Assembly: GCA_963837975.1 (NCBI GenBank)
Contig: CAWIPI010000004.1
Location: 247,791 to 311,790 of the forward strand
Source: an uncultured Actinomycetota bacterium
Lineage (GTDB): Bacteria > Actinomycetota > Actinomycetes > Propionibacteriales > Nocardioidaceae
Direction: 5' to 3'
DNA: 64,000 nt
The notes beneath the pieces are model-generated. The model did not search any database and was not told the DNA's origin. It saw only the letters and a program-made list of their open reading frames with translations. Position numbers and translations under genes: made by a program. Each line of letters begins with the position of its first letter. Positions within the stretch are counted from its first letter, which is position 1. Positions 7,949 through 18,387 of this stretch are shown in pieces.

Positions 7949-10927
7949 GTGGCAACTCGTGGTGACCAGTCCTGGGGAAACCTCGCGCGTCTGGGCTTCC
8001 TCGACACCGATCGCGCACGCGAGCACCTCGCAGGGCTCGAGGACGCCGCACAGCCGCTGCTGCCGCTGATCGCCCGCAGCGCCGACCCCGACCAGGCGCT
8101 GGCCGCCCTCGTCGCGCTGGCCGAGGCCGCCGAGGACCGGGATGCGCTGCTGCAGGAGGTGGCCGACGACGAGGGCACCTCGATGCGGCTGCTGTCGGTG
8201 CTGGGGGCCAGCCCGGCGCTCGGCGACCACCTGCGCCGGCACCCGCAGCACTGGCACGAGCTGACCGACCCCACCCTGGGGTCGACCCGCCCGGCGGCGT
8301 ACGCACTGCGCGCCCAGCTGGTGCGCGCCGTCGGCGGCGACCCGGCCGAGACCGAGCCGACGTCGACCCTGGACCACGGCGAGGCGATGGACGCGCTGCG
8401 GGTGGAGTACCGCCGGCTGCTGCTGCGCCTCGCCGCGCGCGACCTGGCCCACGGCCTCGGCGTCGACGACACCGCCGCCGAGCTGGCCGACCTCGCCGCC
8501 GGGACGCTGGACGCCGCGCTGGCGGTGGCCCGGGCCAAGGTGGGTGACGGGTGCGAGGGCTGCCGGCTCGCGGTGATCGCGATGGGCAAGTGCGGCGGGC
8601 ACGAGCTGAACTACGTCAGCGACGTCGACGTGATCTTCGTGGCCGAGCCGGTCGAGGGGTACGACGAGCAGAAGGCGCTGCGCTCGGCCACCCAGCTCGC
8701 CTCGACGATGATGCAGGTCTGCTCGGACCACACCCGCGAGGGCACGATCTGGCCGGTCGACGCCAACCTGCGTCCCGAGGGCAAGTCGGGTCCGCTGGTG
8801 CGCACCCTCGCCAGCCACCAGGGCTACTACGAGCGCTGGGCGAAGACCTGGGAGTTCCAGGCGCTGCTCAAGGCGCGACCGGTCGCCGGCGACCTCGAGC
8901 TGGGCCGGGAGTACTCCGAGCTGATCAGCCCGATGGTGTGGTCGGCCGCGGAGCGCGACGGCTTCGTCGAGGAGGTCCAGTCGATGCGCCGGCGGGTGCT
9001 CGACCACATCCCGGCCAGTCACGCGGAGCGCCAGCTCAAGCTCGGCTCCGGCGGTCTGCGCGACGTCGAGTTCGCCGTACAGCTGCTGCAGATGGTGCAC
9101 GGACGCACCGACGAGGAGGTGCGCCCGCCGACCACGCTGAGCGCGCTGGCCCGGCTCACCGAACGCGGCTACGTCGGGCGCGACGACGGGCTCGCGCTCC
9201 ACGAGGCGTACGCGTTCCTGCGCACCCTCGAGCACCGCATCCAGCTCCACCAGCTGCGACGCACCCACGTGATGCCCGACGACGAGGCGTCGCTGCGGCG
9301 GCTGGGCCGCTCGCTCGGCTACTCCCGCGAGCCGGTGCGCGAGCTCGACAAGCAGTGGCAATACCACCAGCGCGAGGTGCGCCGGCTGCACGAGAAGCTG
9401 TTCTACCGCCCGCTGCTCTCCGCGGTGGCGAAGGTCAGCGGAGAGGTCCGGCTCAGCCCGGAGGCCGCGAAGGCCCGGCTGGCCGCCCTCGGCTACCTCG
9501 ACCCGGCGGCGGCCCTGCGCCACATCGAGGCGCTCACCACGGGCGTCACCCGCACGGCGGCGATCCAGCGCACGCTGCTGCCGGTCATGCTGGAGTGGTT
9601 CGCCGACGCTCCCGACCCCGACGCGGGGCTGTTCGGCTTCCGCAGGATCTCCGAGGCGCTCGGCACCACGCCGTGGTACCTCCGGCTGCTGCGCGACGAG
9701 GGGGAGGCGGCACATCGGATGGCGCAGGTGCTGGCGACCAGCCGCTACGCCACCGACCTGCTCCGCCGGGAGCCGCAGGGCGTGGCGATCCTCGGGGAGG
9801 ACGAGCGCCTCGAGCCGCTCGGGCGCGCGAGTGTGCAGACGGAGATGAAGGCCGCGGCGAAGCGCCGCGACAGCGCCAAGGAGGCGGTGCTGGCGATCCG
9901 GGCGATCCGCCGCCGCGAGCTGCTGCGGATCAGCGTCGCCGACCTGTGCGTGCCGTTCGGGGTGGCCGAGGTGGGCTACGCCCTGACCGACCTGACCAGC
10001 GCCACCCTGGAGGCGACGCTGGCCGCGGTGACGCGGGCGGTCGAGGAGGCCCGGGGCGAGCAGATGCCGACCCGGATGGCGATCGTGGCGATGGGCCGGT
10101 ACGGCGGCTACGAGCTCGGCTACGGCAGCGACGCCGACGTGATGTTCGTGCACGAGCCAATGCCCGACGCCGACCCGCAGCTCGCCGCCTCGATGGCCCA
10201 AGCGGTGGCCAACGACGTACGCCAGCTGCTCTCGGAGCAGTCGCGAGACCCCTCGCTCGAGGTGGACATCTCGCTGCGCCCGGAGGGCAGGCAGGGCCCG
10301 CAGGTGCGCACGCTGGAGGGGTACGCCGCCTACTACGCCAAGTGGTCGGCGGTCTGGGAGGCCCAGGCGCTCCTGCGCGCGGCACCGGTCGTCGGCGACC
10401 CGGAGCTCTGCCGGCGCTTCGAGCAGCTGATCGACCCGCTGCGGTTCCCCGAGGAGGGCCTCACCGAGGACGACGTCATCGAGATCCGCCGGATCAAGGC
10501 GCGGGTCGACTCCGAGCGGCTGCCGCGCGGCGCCGACCCGGCGACGCACTTCAAGCTCGGCCGGGGTGGGCTCTCCGACATCGAGTGGACGGTGCAGCTG
10601 CTGCAGATGCGGCACGCGGGACGGATCCCGGAGCTGCGCACCACCAAGACCCTCGAGGCACTGCAGGTCGCGGTGGAGCACGACCTGATCGGGCTCGAGG
10701 ACGCCCAGGGACTGGCCGAGGCGTGGCGGTTCGCGAGCCGGGCGCGCAACGCGACCGTGCAGGTGCGCGGGAAGCCCGCCGACCAGCTGCCGCGCGACGC
10801 CCGGGAGCGGGCGGCGGTGGCGGCCATCCTGCAGTACCAGCCGGGGGAGAGCGACGTGATGCTCAACGACTACCTGCGCTCGGCCCGCCGGGCGCGTGGG
10901 ATCGTGGACCGGATCTTCTGGGAGTAA
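7949..10927 (+). CDS. glnE: Glutamine synthetase adenylyltransferase/deadenylase
   Basis: Two nucleotidyltransferase repeats (MGKCGGHELNYVSDVD; MGRYGGYELGYGSDAD), LRPEG motifs, KLGxGGLxDVE. Confidence 0.97.
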   Translation: MATRGDQSWGNLARLGFLDTDRAREHLAGLEDAAQPLLPLIARSADPDQALAALVALAEAAEDRDALLQEVADDEGTSMRLLSVLGASPALGDHLRRHPQHWHELTDPTLGSTRPAAYALRAQLVRAVGGDPAETEPTSTLDHGEAMDALRVEYRRLLLRLAARDLAHGLGVDDTAAELADLAAGTLDAALAVARAKVGDGCEGCRLAVIAMGKCGGHELNYVSDVDVIFVAEPVEGYDEQKALRSATQLASTMMQVCSDHTREGTIWPVDANLRPEGKSGPLVRTLASHQGYYERWAKTWEFQALLKARPVAGDLELGREYSELISPMVWSAAERDGFVEEVQSMRRRVLDHIPASHAERQLKLGSGGLRDVEFAVQLLQMVHGRTDEEVRPPTTLSALARLTERGYVGRDDGLALHEAYAFLRTLEHRIQLHQLRRTHVMPDDEASLRRLGRSLGYSREPVRELDKQWQYHQREVRRLHEKLFYRPLLSAVAKVSGEVRLSPEAAKARLAALGYLDPAAALRHIEALTTGVTRTAAIQRTLLPVMLEWFADAPDPDAGLFGFRRISEALGTTPWYLRLLRDEGEAAHRMAQVLATSRYATDLLRREPQGVAILGEDERLEPLGRASVQTEMKAAAKRRDSAKEAVLAIRAIRRRELLRISVADLCVPFGVAEVGYALTDLTSATLEATLAAVTRAVEEARGEQMPTRMAIVAMGRYGGYELGYGSDADVMFVHEPMPDADPQLAASMAQAVANDVRQLLSEQSRDPSLEVDISLRPEGRQGPQVRTLEGYAAYYAKWSAVWEAQALLRAAPVVGDPELCRRFEQLIDPLRFPEEGLTEDDVIEIRRIKARVDSERLPRGADPATHFKLGRGGLSDIEWTVQLLQMRHAGRIPELRTTKTLEALQVAVEHDLIGLEDAQGLAEAWRFASRARNATVQVRGKPADQLPRDARERAAVAAILQYQPGESDVMLNDYLRSARRARGIVDRIFWE

Positions 10928-10969
10928 GATCAGCGCTTCCTTTTCTGGAAGTTAAGATATGATCTTCAT

Positions 10970-11623
10970 ATGACGGGAATGAACGTGTCGGCTTCCGTCG
11001 CAGCGGTGATCGGTGACGTGGTGCGCTCGCGTGCCGCGCCGGACCGGCCCGATCTGCACGCCCGCCTGGAGAAGCTGCTCGCCGAGGCGAACGAGGTCCT
11101 GGCGCCGGTGGTGCCGCTGCGGATCACGGTCGGCGACGAGTTCCAGGGCTGCTTCGCCTCGGTGGGCGAGGCGGCGCACGCGACCCTGTGGCTGGGACTC
11201 CAGCTGGCGCCGACGACCGGGCTGCGTCACGGCATCGGGTGGGGAGCTGTCGCCGTGCTGGCCGACGAGCCGCGGGTCGAGGACGGTCCCGGGTGGTGGA
11301 GCGCGCGCGAGGCGATCGAGGCGGTCAAGCGGGAGGAGTCGCGGCCGGCCACGCGGCACCTGCGGACGGCCTACCGCCGCGCCGCCGACACGCCCGGGCC
11401 CGACCCGGCCGCGATCAACGCTGCGCTGATGTGTCGGGACCAGATGGTTGGCTCTGTCTCGGAGCGCTCGCTGCGGCTGCTGCGCGGGACCCTCGCGGGT
11501 CGCACGCAGGCCGAGCTGGCGGCGGAGGAAGGGATCTCCCCGTCGGCGGTGTCGCAGCGGGTGCGCCATGACGGGCTGGCCGTGGTCGTCGCGGCCGACG
11601 AGCTGTTGAGGAGCGTGCGATGA
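10970..11623 (+). CDS. SatD family protein (palm/cyclase-like domain plus C-terminal HTH)
   Basis: IGDVVRSR, TVGDEFQG, DGPGWW, TQAELAAEEGISPSAVSQR. Confidence 0.8.
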   Translation: MTGMNVSASVAAVIGDVVRSRAAPDRPDLHARLEKLLAEANEVLAPVVPLRITVGDEFQGCFASVGEAAHATLWLGLQLAPTTGLRHGIGWGAVAVLADEPRVEDGPGWWSAREAIEAVKREESRPATRHLRTAYRRAADTPGPDPAAINAALMCRDQMVGSVSERSLRLLRGTLAGRTQAELAAEEGISPSAVSQRVRHDGLAVVVAADELLRSVR

Positions 11624-12351
11624 GCTGGATCGCCGTACTGCTGGTGGGGCTGGCGGTCACCGACCTCGCGCACTCGATCCGGCCGATCCCGATCGTCAAC
11701 GAGTGCATCGGCGCGGCGGCGGCCGTCTGGCTGGGGCTGCTCGCCGGGCTGACGCAGTGGCCCGACCTGCTCGCCCTGCTGGTCGTTGCGGCGATCGTGG
11801 TGGTGTGGGGGCAGACCGTGACGTGGTCCTTCGGTCGCGGGCGCGCCTGGGTCCCGCTGCTGGTGCTGGGCGGCGGGCTCCTGCTCGGGGTGCTCACCTC
11901 GGGGTGGGCGGCCCCGGCGGGCGGGCCGCTGGGGGACTGGCTGGACTCGGTCGGGGTGCCGGCGCTCCAGGGCCTGAGCACCGACCGGCTCCTGTTGCTG
12001 GTCGGCGCGTTCCTGGTGCAGCTGAGCACCGGCAACGTCGTCGTACGACTCGTGCTGGCCGCCACCGGCACCACCAACCCGACCTACGGCTCCGAGCCCG
12101 ACCCGGAGCTCCGCCTCAAGGGCGGCCGCCTGCTCGGACCGATGGAGCGCGTCTTCATCGTGGGTCTCGGCCTGGCCGGCCACCTCACCGCCGCCAGCAT
12201 CGTGATCGCCGCGAAGGGTCTGCTGCGGTTCCCCGAGCTGCAGTCCAAGAGCGAGCAGGTGCGGATCCACCGCCTCACGGAGTACTTCCTGGTCGGCAGC
12301 TTCGTCAGCTGGCTGGTCGCGCTGTTCTCGCTGGCGCTGCTGGTGCAGTAG
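11620..12351 (+). CDS. Membrane protein, DUF3307-like SatD partner
   Basis: GRLLGPMERVF...IAAKGLLRFPEL...TEYFLVGSFVS; ATGA overlap with satD. Confidence 0.7.
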   Translation: MSWIAVLLVGLAVTDLAHSIRPIPIVNECIGAAAAVWLGLLAGLTQWPDLLALLVVAAIVVVWGQTVTWSFGRGRAWVPLLVLGGGLLLGVLTSGWAAPAGGPLGDWLDSVGVPALQGLSTDRLLLLVGAFLVQLSTGNVVVRLVLAATGTTNPTYGSEPDPELRLKGGRLLGPMERVFIVGLGLAGHLTAASIVIAAKGLLRFPELQSKSEQVRIHRLTEYFLVGSFVSWLVALFSLALLVQ

Positions 12352-12525
12352 CCCGCGCCCCGGCCTGCGGCGACTCACTCGCGGCGGGTGATCTCCGGGC
12401 GGGACCCGGGCGGTGAGACTGGGTGCCCGATGGGCATCGAAGGTCCTGGTGTGCTCGACGCCAGCTCCTCCTCACGCGCGGGTCGCGGCACCCGACGCGT
12501 GGAGCAGCGTGGCGCCCACTCCCTG

Positions 12526-13755
12526 ATGACGAGGGTGGACGCCCTGCTCTTCGTCTATGCCGGCGTCGCCGCGGGCTGGCTGGCGGTGCTGGTCTTCGAG
12601 GAGAGCCTCGAGCTGAGCTGGCAGCTCGTGCTGCTGGTGTTGTTCTGGCTGCTGGTCGCCTACCTGGTGCTGCCGCGGCTGCACCGGGTGCTGACCTACG
12701 TCTACGTCCCCGGCTACTTCATCGGCCGCACCCGGACGAGTGACGGCCTGCTCGGTGACCCGGTCAACCTGGCCCTCCGGGGTGACGAGGGTCAGGTCCA
12801 CGCCGCGATGAGGACGGCCGGCTGGACGCCGGCCGACGACGTCACCCTGGCCAGCAGCCTGCGCATCATCGGAGCGACGGTGACGCGGCGTCGCTACCCG
12901 GAGGCACCGGTCAGCCCGCTCTTCCTGTTCGAGCGCAAGCAGGACTTCGCCTACCAGATGGAGGTGCACGGCAACCCGGCGCAGCGGCACCACGTGCGGT
13001 TCTGGCGCTGTCCGGAGGGCTGGCGACTGCCCGGCGGGTACCTCGTCGACTGGGTGGCAGCCGGCACGTACGACCGCACCGTCGGCCTGTCGCTGATGAC
13101 CCTCCAGGTCACCCACCGCATCGCCGAGGACATCGACGTCGAGCGCGACCACATCGTCGCCACGCTGCTCGACAGCAACGCCGGGGCGTCGGCGGAGCGG
13201 ATCGAGGACTTCGCCGCCGGCTACCACGCCCGCAACGGCGGCGGCGACCGGATGGAGACCGACGGGGACCTCCCGGTCGTGGACCTCCGCGGCATCGAGG
13301 TGCCCCGGACGGAGCGATGGGCGTCGACGACGGACAGCCGGGACACGCGGCCCGCGACCATCGTGTTCAGCGCGGCGGTCGCGTGCCTGCGCGGCCTGGT
13401 GGGGCTCGTGCTGCTCTGGGTGCTGGTGCAGCCCGGGCGGGCCGAGGCAGCCACCAACCTGTCGGCCGGCGGGGTCAAGGCGGCCGCCGTGGCGGTCGCC
13501 GTCGTCGCGGCCGTCGACCTCGGCCTCGGCGTGGCGACCTATCTCGGCCGCAACTGGGCGCGCGTCCTGCTCATGCTCTCCACCGCGGTGACCATCCTGC
13601 TCGCCGGGCTGGCGGTCGCCCACGGCGGACCCAGCCCGACGCTGCGCAGCGGCCTCCCGCACGTGGCCCTGGGCATCCTCGTCCTCCTGGCCCTGACCAG
13701 TCCCGCAGCGCGGCAGTACGCCACGCGGAGGTCGGGCGGTGGGGGCGCTAGATGA
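12526..13755 (+). CDS. LssY C-terminal domain membrane protein (start uncertain)
   Basis: GDPVNLAL, AMRTAGW, YPEAPVSPLFLF, QRHHVRFW, AGTYD. Confidence 0.8.
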   Translation: MTRVDALLFVYAGVAAGWLAVLVFEESLELSWQLVLLVLFWLLVAYLVLPRLHRVLTYVYVPGYFIGRTRTSDGLLGDPVNLALRGDEGQVHAAMRTAGWTPADDVTLASSLRIIGATVTRRRYPEAPVSPLFLFERKQDFAYQMEVHGNPAQRHHVRFWRCPEGWRLPGGYLVDWVAAGTYDRTVGLSLMTLQVTHRIAEDIDVERDHIVATLLDSNAGASAERIEDFAAGYHARNGGGDRMETDGDLPVVDLRGIEVPRTERWASTTDSRDTRPATIVFSAAVACLRGLVGLVLLWVLVQPGRAEAATNLSAGGVKAAAVAVAVVAAVDLGLGVATYLGRNWARVLLMLSTAVTILLAGLAVAHGGPSPTLRSGLPHVALGILVLLALTSPAARQYATRRSGGGGAR

Positions 13756-14374
13756 CCGGGTTGCCGTCGAGCCAGAAGTCGATCTCCTCGCCCGAGTCGA
13801 CGGCGGCCTGCGTCGTCGTGGGGGCGACCCGCGGGTCGGTGACGACGTCGACCATCGTGTCGACCGGGATCGGCAGGTCGAGGTCGCGGGGGTCGCCGGT
13901 GATCTCGGGGCCGGCGTACCTCAGGACGACCGTGCGCGTGTCGAGCTCGGCGATGACGAAGACCACGCCGGGGTCCTCCTCCGGGGCGGCTTCCTCCCAG
14001 GTGAGCGTGATGCCGTCTCCGAGGTCGGCGCAGGTGCCTTCCTCGCACGGCACCTCGTCCTTCATCCGCTCCGGGGACACGGCGACGACGACGATGTTGC
14101 CTTCGCCGGCGAAGTTGGTCGACGCGGCCACGGCGCGCTTCGGGTGCGGGAAGAGGCGGCCGTAGCTGTCCGCTGCCCAGTCGACGCCGGCCTTGGTGGG
14201 GTCGAGGTCGACCTGCTCGGAGACCACGAAGGCGAGGGAGCGCGGTGTCGTCGTCGCCTCGCCGTCCTCGGGTTCCTCGGGCCCCGAGGTGACGGTCAGG
14301 ATGCCGACGAGGACGAGCACGACGACCACGACGACGAGGCCGGCGGCGACCAGCCAGGAGCGTCCGGCTCTCAC
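13748..14374 (-). CDS. Hypothetical membrane-anchored/secreted protein
   Basis: N-terminal hydrophobic anchor, acidic extracellular domain; GTG start with GAGGGGGA upstream. Confidence 0.6.
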   Translation of the reverse strand: MRAGRSWLVAAGLVVVVVVLVLVGILTVTSGPEEPEDGEATTTPRSLAFVVSEQVDLDPTKAGVDWAADSYGRLFPHPKRAVAASTNFAGEGNIVVVAVSPERMKDEVPCEEGTCADLGDGITLTWEEAAPEEDPGVVFVIAELDTRTVVLRYAGPEITGDPRDLDLPIPVDTMVDVVTDPRVAPTTTQAAVDSGEEIDFWLDGNPVI

Positions 14375-14542
14375 ATCCTGTCCCCCCTCTGGATTGGGCG
14401 CGATCGTCTCACGGCGAAGGCACGCCGGCGCGGACCTCGGGGACGCGCGGGGCGGGGCGCGTCCTGCTCCGGTTGCAGGGGTGGGCGGAGAGGGGCCCAT
14501 GGAGTGTGAGTCGGGGTCAACAGTCGGCGTGGTCGGGTCGCC

Positions 14543-15822
14543 CTACGTGCGTCTGGTGAAGCGGAGCTTCCCGGTGCCGAGTCGGGTGGTGTTGTAACGC
14601 GGGTTGTGTGCCAGGGAGTGATGTCGCGGGCAGAGGAGTCGTCCGTCCTTGACGTTGGTGTCGCCGTTGCTTCGCCAGGCGATGTCGTGGTGGGCGTGAC
14701 AGAGACCGGGCGGGTAGTCGCAGCCCTCGGCGGTGCAACCACCGTCGCGGATCGCCATCGCGATGCGCTGGGCGGTGGTGTGGAACCGCTTCTTCCGCCC
14801 CACGTCGAGCGGCTGGCCCTTCCGCCGAGCACGGCAGGGATGATCCCGGCCTCACACGCCAGCCTCCGGGCCTCGGTGGCCGAGATCCGGCCGCCGTCGT
14901 CGAGCACCCCGGCACCCAACCCCCGCAGGAGCTTCTCGAGGTCCATGGTGATCACCAGGCTGGCGGGGACTCCTCCGGCGTCGGGGATCCGGTCGGCCGG
15001 GTAGCGCTCGACGTACTCGGCGAACGCTTGGCCCATCCGCTCGGCACTCGGGCGACCGGGAACGGGAGTGGTGCCGTCGACCGCGGCCTGGTGCTTCGGC
15101 GCCGCGAGCGCCAACAGAGCCTTCTTCAACATCGAGGCCTGCAGGGCGGGGAGGGTGAACCGGCCGTGGACGCAGCCCTGGCCGTCCTCAGTCATCGTGA
15201 ACCGGGTCTTCTGCCTCGCGCGTTCTTCTTCCTGCTCCAGCAACCGGCGCTCGTGCTCCTCGGCCACCTCCGGTGCGATCACGTCGAGGAGGTGACGACC
15301 CAGGATTTGCAGGCCCTTGGCGTCGTGGTGCGCCGCCTCGGCGAGCAGGTGCTGCTCGGCGTGGGCCTTCAACGCACACAGGTCGAGGTCGCGATCGGCA
15401 ACCAGGTCGGCCGGGATCTTGTCCAGACGGGCGACGGCGTGGCAGATCACCCCAGCTTGCTCGGCCACCACCTCGCCTGCTGCCAGCGCGGCCGAGGTGG
15501 CCGGGAACGTCTCGAGGTCGCGAGCCAGCTTCACGCGCCGGTGCGCCTCCTTGCGCGTCAGCTTCATCTCGTGGGCCAGCCAGTTCGCGGTCGACGTCGC
15601 ACCGACCTCCGCGGCCACGTCGCAGGACTCGGCCTGCGCGAGCGCCGCACCATCCAAGGAAGTCAGAGTGGAGGCCAGCGAGGTCAGCTGCCGGCACAGT
15701 TCGCGCAGCTCCGCACCACCCAGCCCGAACAGCGGCAGCCCGATGGCTTCACGCAGCGCCGACGTGGCCTCGGCGACGGCACGGGCCACCGGGTGAAGGT
15801 GCTCGGTCGGTGCTGCGGACAT
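14543..15822 (-). pseudogene. DUF222/HNH endonuclease (13E12-repeat family), split by a 1-nt frameshift
   Basis: DUF222 body to ARRLACEAGIIPAVLGG, then shift near 14820 into PLDVGRKKRF...RDGGC...C...CHAHH...LLCPRHH. Confidence 0.85.
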
Positions 15823-15827
15823 ACCTC

Positions 15828-15850
15828 ATCCAAGCATCGAGCACCGACAA
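15828..15850 (-). promoter_or_regulatory. RecA-NDp/PafBC-type DNA-damage promoter
   Basis: TTGTCGGTG-N8-TTGGAT, 5 nt before the ATG; consensus TTGTCRGTG-N8-TAnnnT. Confidence 0.65.
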
Positions 15851-16019
15851 GCCCGTGGCCGAGAATCCCCTTGTCCACAAGGGAAACCGAAGAGATTTCG
15901 CCGCGTTCCAATGGCCGACTCCACGCTCGCGAGAACGACATGCAGTGCCGATCCAGACTCGTGCCCGGGGTATGGCTGCACGGGCGCGGAAGCGCTCGCG
16001 GCGGGCATGCCCATCCGGA

Positions 16020-17108
16020 TCAGGAGTGACCGAGCAATGCCTCCGGGCGCACCTCTGGTGCCAGTTGCTGCCCGGCCGCCGCGGCGGCCAGCTTCCGGGC
16101 GAGTCCGGGCGCCTGCTTGAAGAGGTTGTGCCCCACCGGGAACAGCAGGCCCCCCTGCTCCCAGACCGCCACCCCGTCCTCGCCCCAGGGGAGCTCGGTG
16201 GTCCAGCAGTGCCGGACGTCGACCGGCTCCGCTTCCAGACCGGGCAGCGCGCGTCCTACGTAGGCGGCCGCACGTTCCGCCAGGTCCCCGAGCTCCCCGG
16301 GCACGAGCAGGCTGCCGTCATCACGGGCCTGCGTGGTCTGGCTGAGACCGAGGGCGTAGCCCCCGTTGCCGGGAAGCGCGGCGGCGTACACGCCGGTCTC
16401 CCCGAAGTCGCCGCTGGAGTCCTGCAATGTCGCAAGGGTTGTCGGCGGTTCCCCGCGGACGACGAAGGTCAGCCGCACGTGCGCGCCCTGCTTGACCGGG
16501 ATGTCGATGCCTACCGATCGCGCGAGGTGGGCGGAGCCACGGCCAGCGCACACCACGACGTGGTCGTACCGGTCGGTGCGGCCACCGCTGCGTACCTCGA
16601 CGCCGTCGCCGAGGGGCCTAAGGGCGAGTACCTCGTCGACCACTACCGCGTCCCCGAGCGCGCCGGCCAGGGCCTGGATCGCATCGGGGGTCCTGATGGA
16701 GCCGCCGCGCTCGTCGAGCATCGCGGGCCCGTCGTACCCCGCCAGCAGCGGGATGCGCTGCGCGAGCTCGTCGGCGTCGAGCCGGCGTACCGCAACGCCT
16801 GCTTCCTCCAGCAGCGGCACGTGCGCATCGACCTTCGGACCGATGGCGACCGCGCCGTCCTCGGACACCATCTGCACACCGAGCCGGGCGCCCCATTCCT
16901 CGTAGGCGGCGCGGCTCTCCTGGGCGTACGCGATGAGCCGCCGATCGTCGTGCGCGTGCCGGAAGATCCGGGAAACGCCACCGGACTGACCGTTTCCCGG
17001 AACACTCTGCTCGTAGACACGGACGCCGATCCCGCGCTCGACGAGGGCGTACGCCGTGCACAGGCCGACGATGCCGGCACCCACCACTGCCACCTCGGGG
17101 TTCTTCAC
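16020..17108 (-). CDS. FAD-dependent oxidoreductase (DAO/sarcosine oxidase family)
   Basis: VVGAGIVG, GQSGGVSRIFRHAH, GHNLFKQAP. Confidence 0.85.
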   Translation of the reverse strand: MKNPEVAVVGAGIVGLCTAYALVERGIGVRVYEQSVPGNGQSGGVSRIFRHAHDDRRLIAYAQESRAAYEEWGARLGVQMVSEDGAVAIGPKVDAHVPLLEEAGVAVRRLDADELAQRIPLLAGYDGPAMLDERGGSIRTPDAIQALAGALGDAVVVDEVLALRPLGDGVEVRSGGRTDRYDHVVVCAGRGSAHLARSVGIDIPVKQGAHVRLTFVVRGEPPTTLATLQDSSGDFGETGVYAAALPGNGGYALGLSQTTQARDDGSLLVPGELGDLAERAAAYVGRALPGLEAEPVDVRHCWTTELPWGEDGVAVWEQGGLLFPVGHNLFKQAPGLARKLAAAAAGQQLAPEVRPEALLGHS

Positions 17109-17325
17109 CCGGCCGCCGTACCCGGTCCCGCCCGAAGCCAATCATGGGGTTGAGCCGCCCGCTGGCCGCGCCACACTCGCTGGTCGGCCTCACCCTCTCG
17201 GCGCTGGGCGCCGTTGTCCTCGCCAACACGCGCCGGGGACGCGGGCGCGACACCAGGTCCTGGTTCCGGAGCATCACGGCGCCCCGTCGCACGCCCCGTC
17301 GCAACGCCCCGTCGCCCATGCGACC

Positions 17326-18012
17326 TCATCCAGCCACACCCCCGAACAACCCCGCCAGCATCCCCGCCAGCTCCTCGGGCCGGCTCAGGTGAGGACAGTG
17401 CCCGGCGTCGATCTCGTCCGGTCGGGTGATGCCGAGGCGTTCCGCTGCCACCCGTCGCTGCACGGAGGAGGGGATGAAGCGGTCACGGGTCGTGACGACG
17501 TACCTCGCGTCGGCCCCCGAAAGCGCGACAGGGGGCCACTGCGTGTTCCCGAGTTGCTGGCTGGTCGGCCGCTCCCTGGCCATCGCCTGCGCGGCCAGGT
17601 CGCGGGGGACGTCGTGGTAGAAGCCGACCAACGGGTCCGCGCTGCCCGTGACGCCGTCGGAGGACTGCTCGGCCATCGCCTCGAACCAGCCGACGTCGTC
17701 GAACCACTGGGCGGCGGTCTCCCCGGAACGGGGGACCATGCCGGCGACGTAGACCTGCAGGAGCGGGTCCACCCGCTGCGCCACGAGGGGTACGACGAAG
17801 CCGCCCGCGGAATGACCCACGAGCACGAGATCCTCGGCGCCGGCGACCGAGTCGACGACCGTGCTCACGCAGTCGTCCCACGTCGCGTCCTCGCGGTCGG
17901 TGGGCAGGTCGGGTGCGACCGCCTCATGACCGCGGTCCCGGAGGGCGTGCTGCACCAGCCGCCACGCCCACCCGCCGTCACCGGAACCGTGCACCAACGC
18001 GAAGACCGCCAT
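17326..18012 (-). CDS. Alpha/beta hydrolase
   Basis: LVHGS, GHSAGG nucleophile, AGHCPH. Confidence 0.9.
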   Translation of the reverse strand: MAVFALVHGSGDGGWAWRLVQHALRDRGHEAVAPDLPTDREDATWDDCVSTVVDSVAGAEDLVLVGHSAGGFVVPLVAQRVDPLLQVYVAGMVPRSGETAAQWFDDVGWFEAMAEQSSDGVTGSADPLVGFYHDVPRDLAAQAMARERPTSQQLGNTQWPPVALSGADARYVVTTRDRFIPSSVQRRVAAERLGITRPDEIDAGHCPHLSRPEELAGMLAGLFGGVAG

Positions 18013-18090
18013 ACCCGATTCGACCCCGACCAAGGACGGAAGTCATCGCCGAGAGTGCCCTGATCCCTGCGTCTGCTGGATAATCGCCGC

Positions 18091-18387
18091 ATGGGGGAGA
18101 TGGACTTCGAGTTCGAGGGCCCGATCGTCGAGTGGCGGGGCCCGGCGCCGTTCTACTTCGTCGACATCCCGGCCGAGGAGAGCGCGGACATCAAGTTCGC
18201 AGCCAGGGGCGTGGAGTACTGGGGCCAGGTGCCCGTCGTCGCGAGCATCGATGACACGGAGTTCTCGACGGCGCTCTTCCCCAAGGACGGCCGCTACCTG
18301 CTGCCGCTGAAGGACGCCGTCCGGAAGGCAGCGGGCGTGGATCTCGACGAGGTCGTGACGGTCGCGCTGCGCGTCGGTCGGCGCTAG
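18091..18387 (+). CDS. DUF1905 family protein
   Basis: EWRGPAPFYFV, YWGQVPV, TALFPKDGRYLLPLK. Confidence 0.8.
   Translation: MGEMDFEFEGPIVEWRGPAPFYFVDIPAEESADIKFAARGVEYWGQVPVVASIDDTEFSTALFPKDGRYLLPLKDAVRKAAGVDLDEVVTVALRVGRR

Noticed and set aside
6605-10681. 1358-aa minus-strand ORF
   Set aside because: Antisense shadow of glnA2 and glnE
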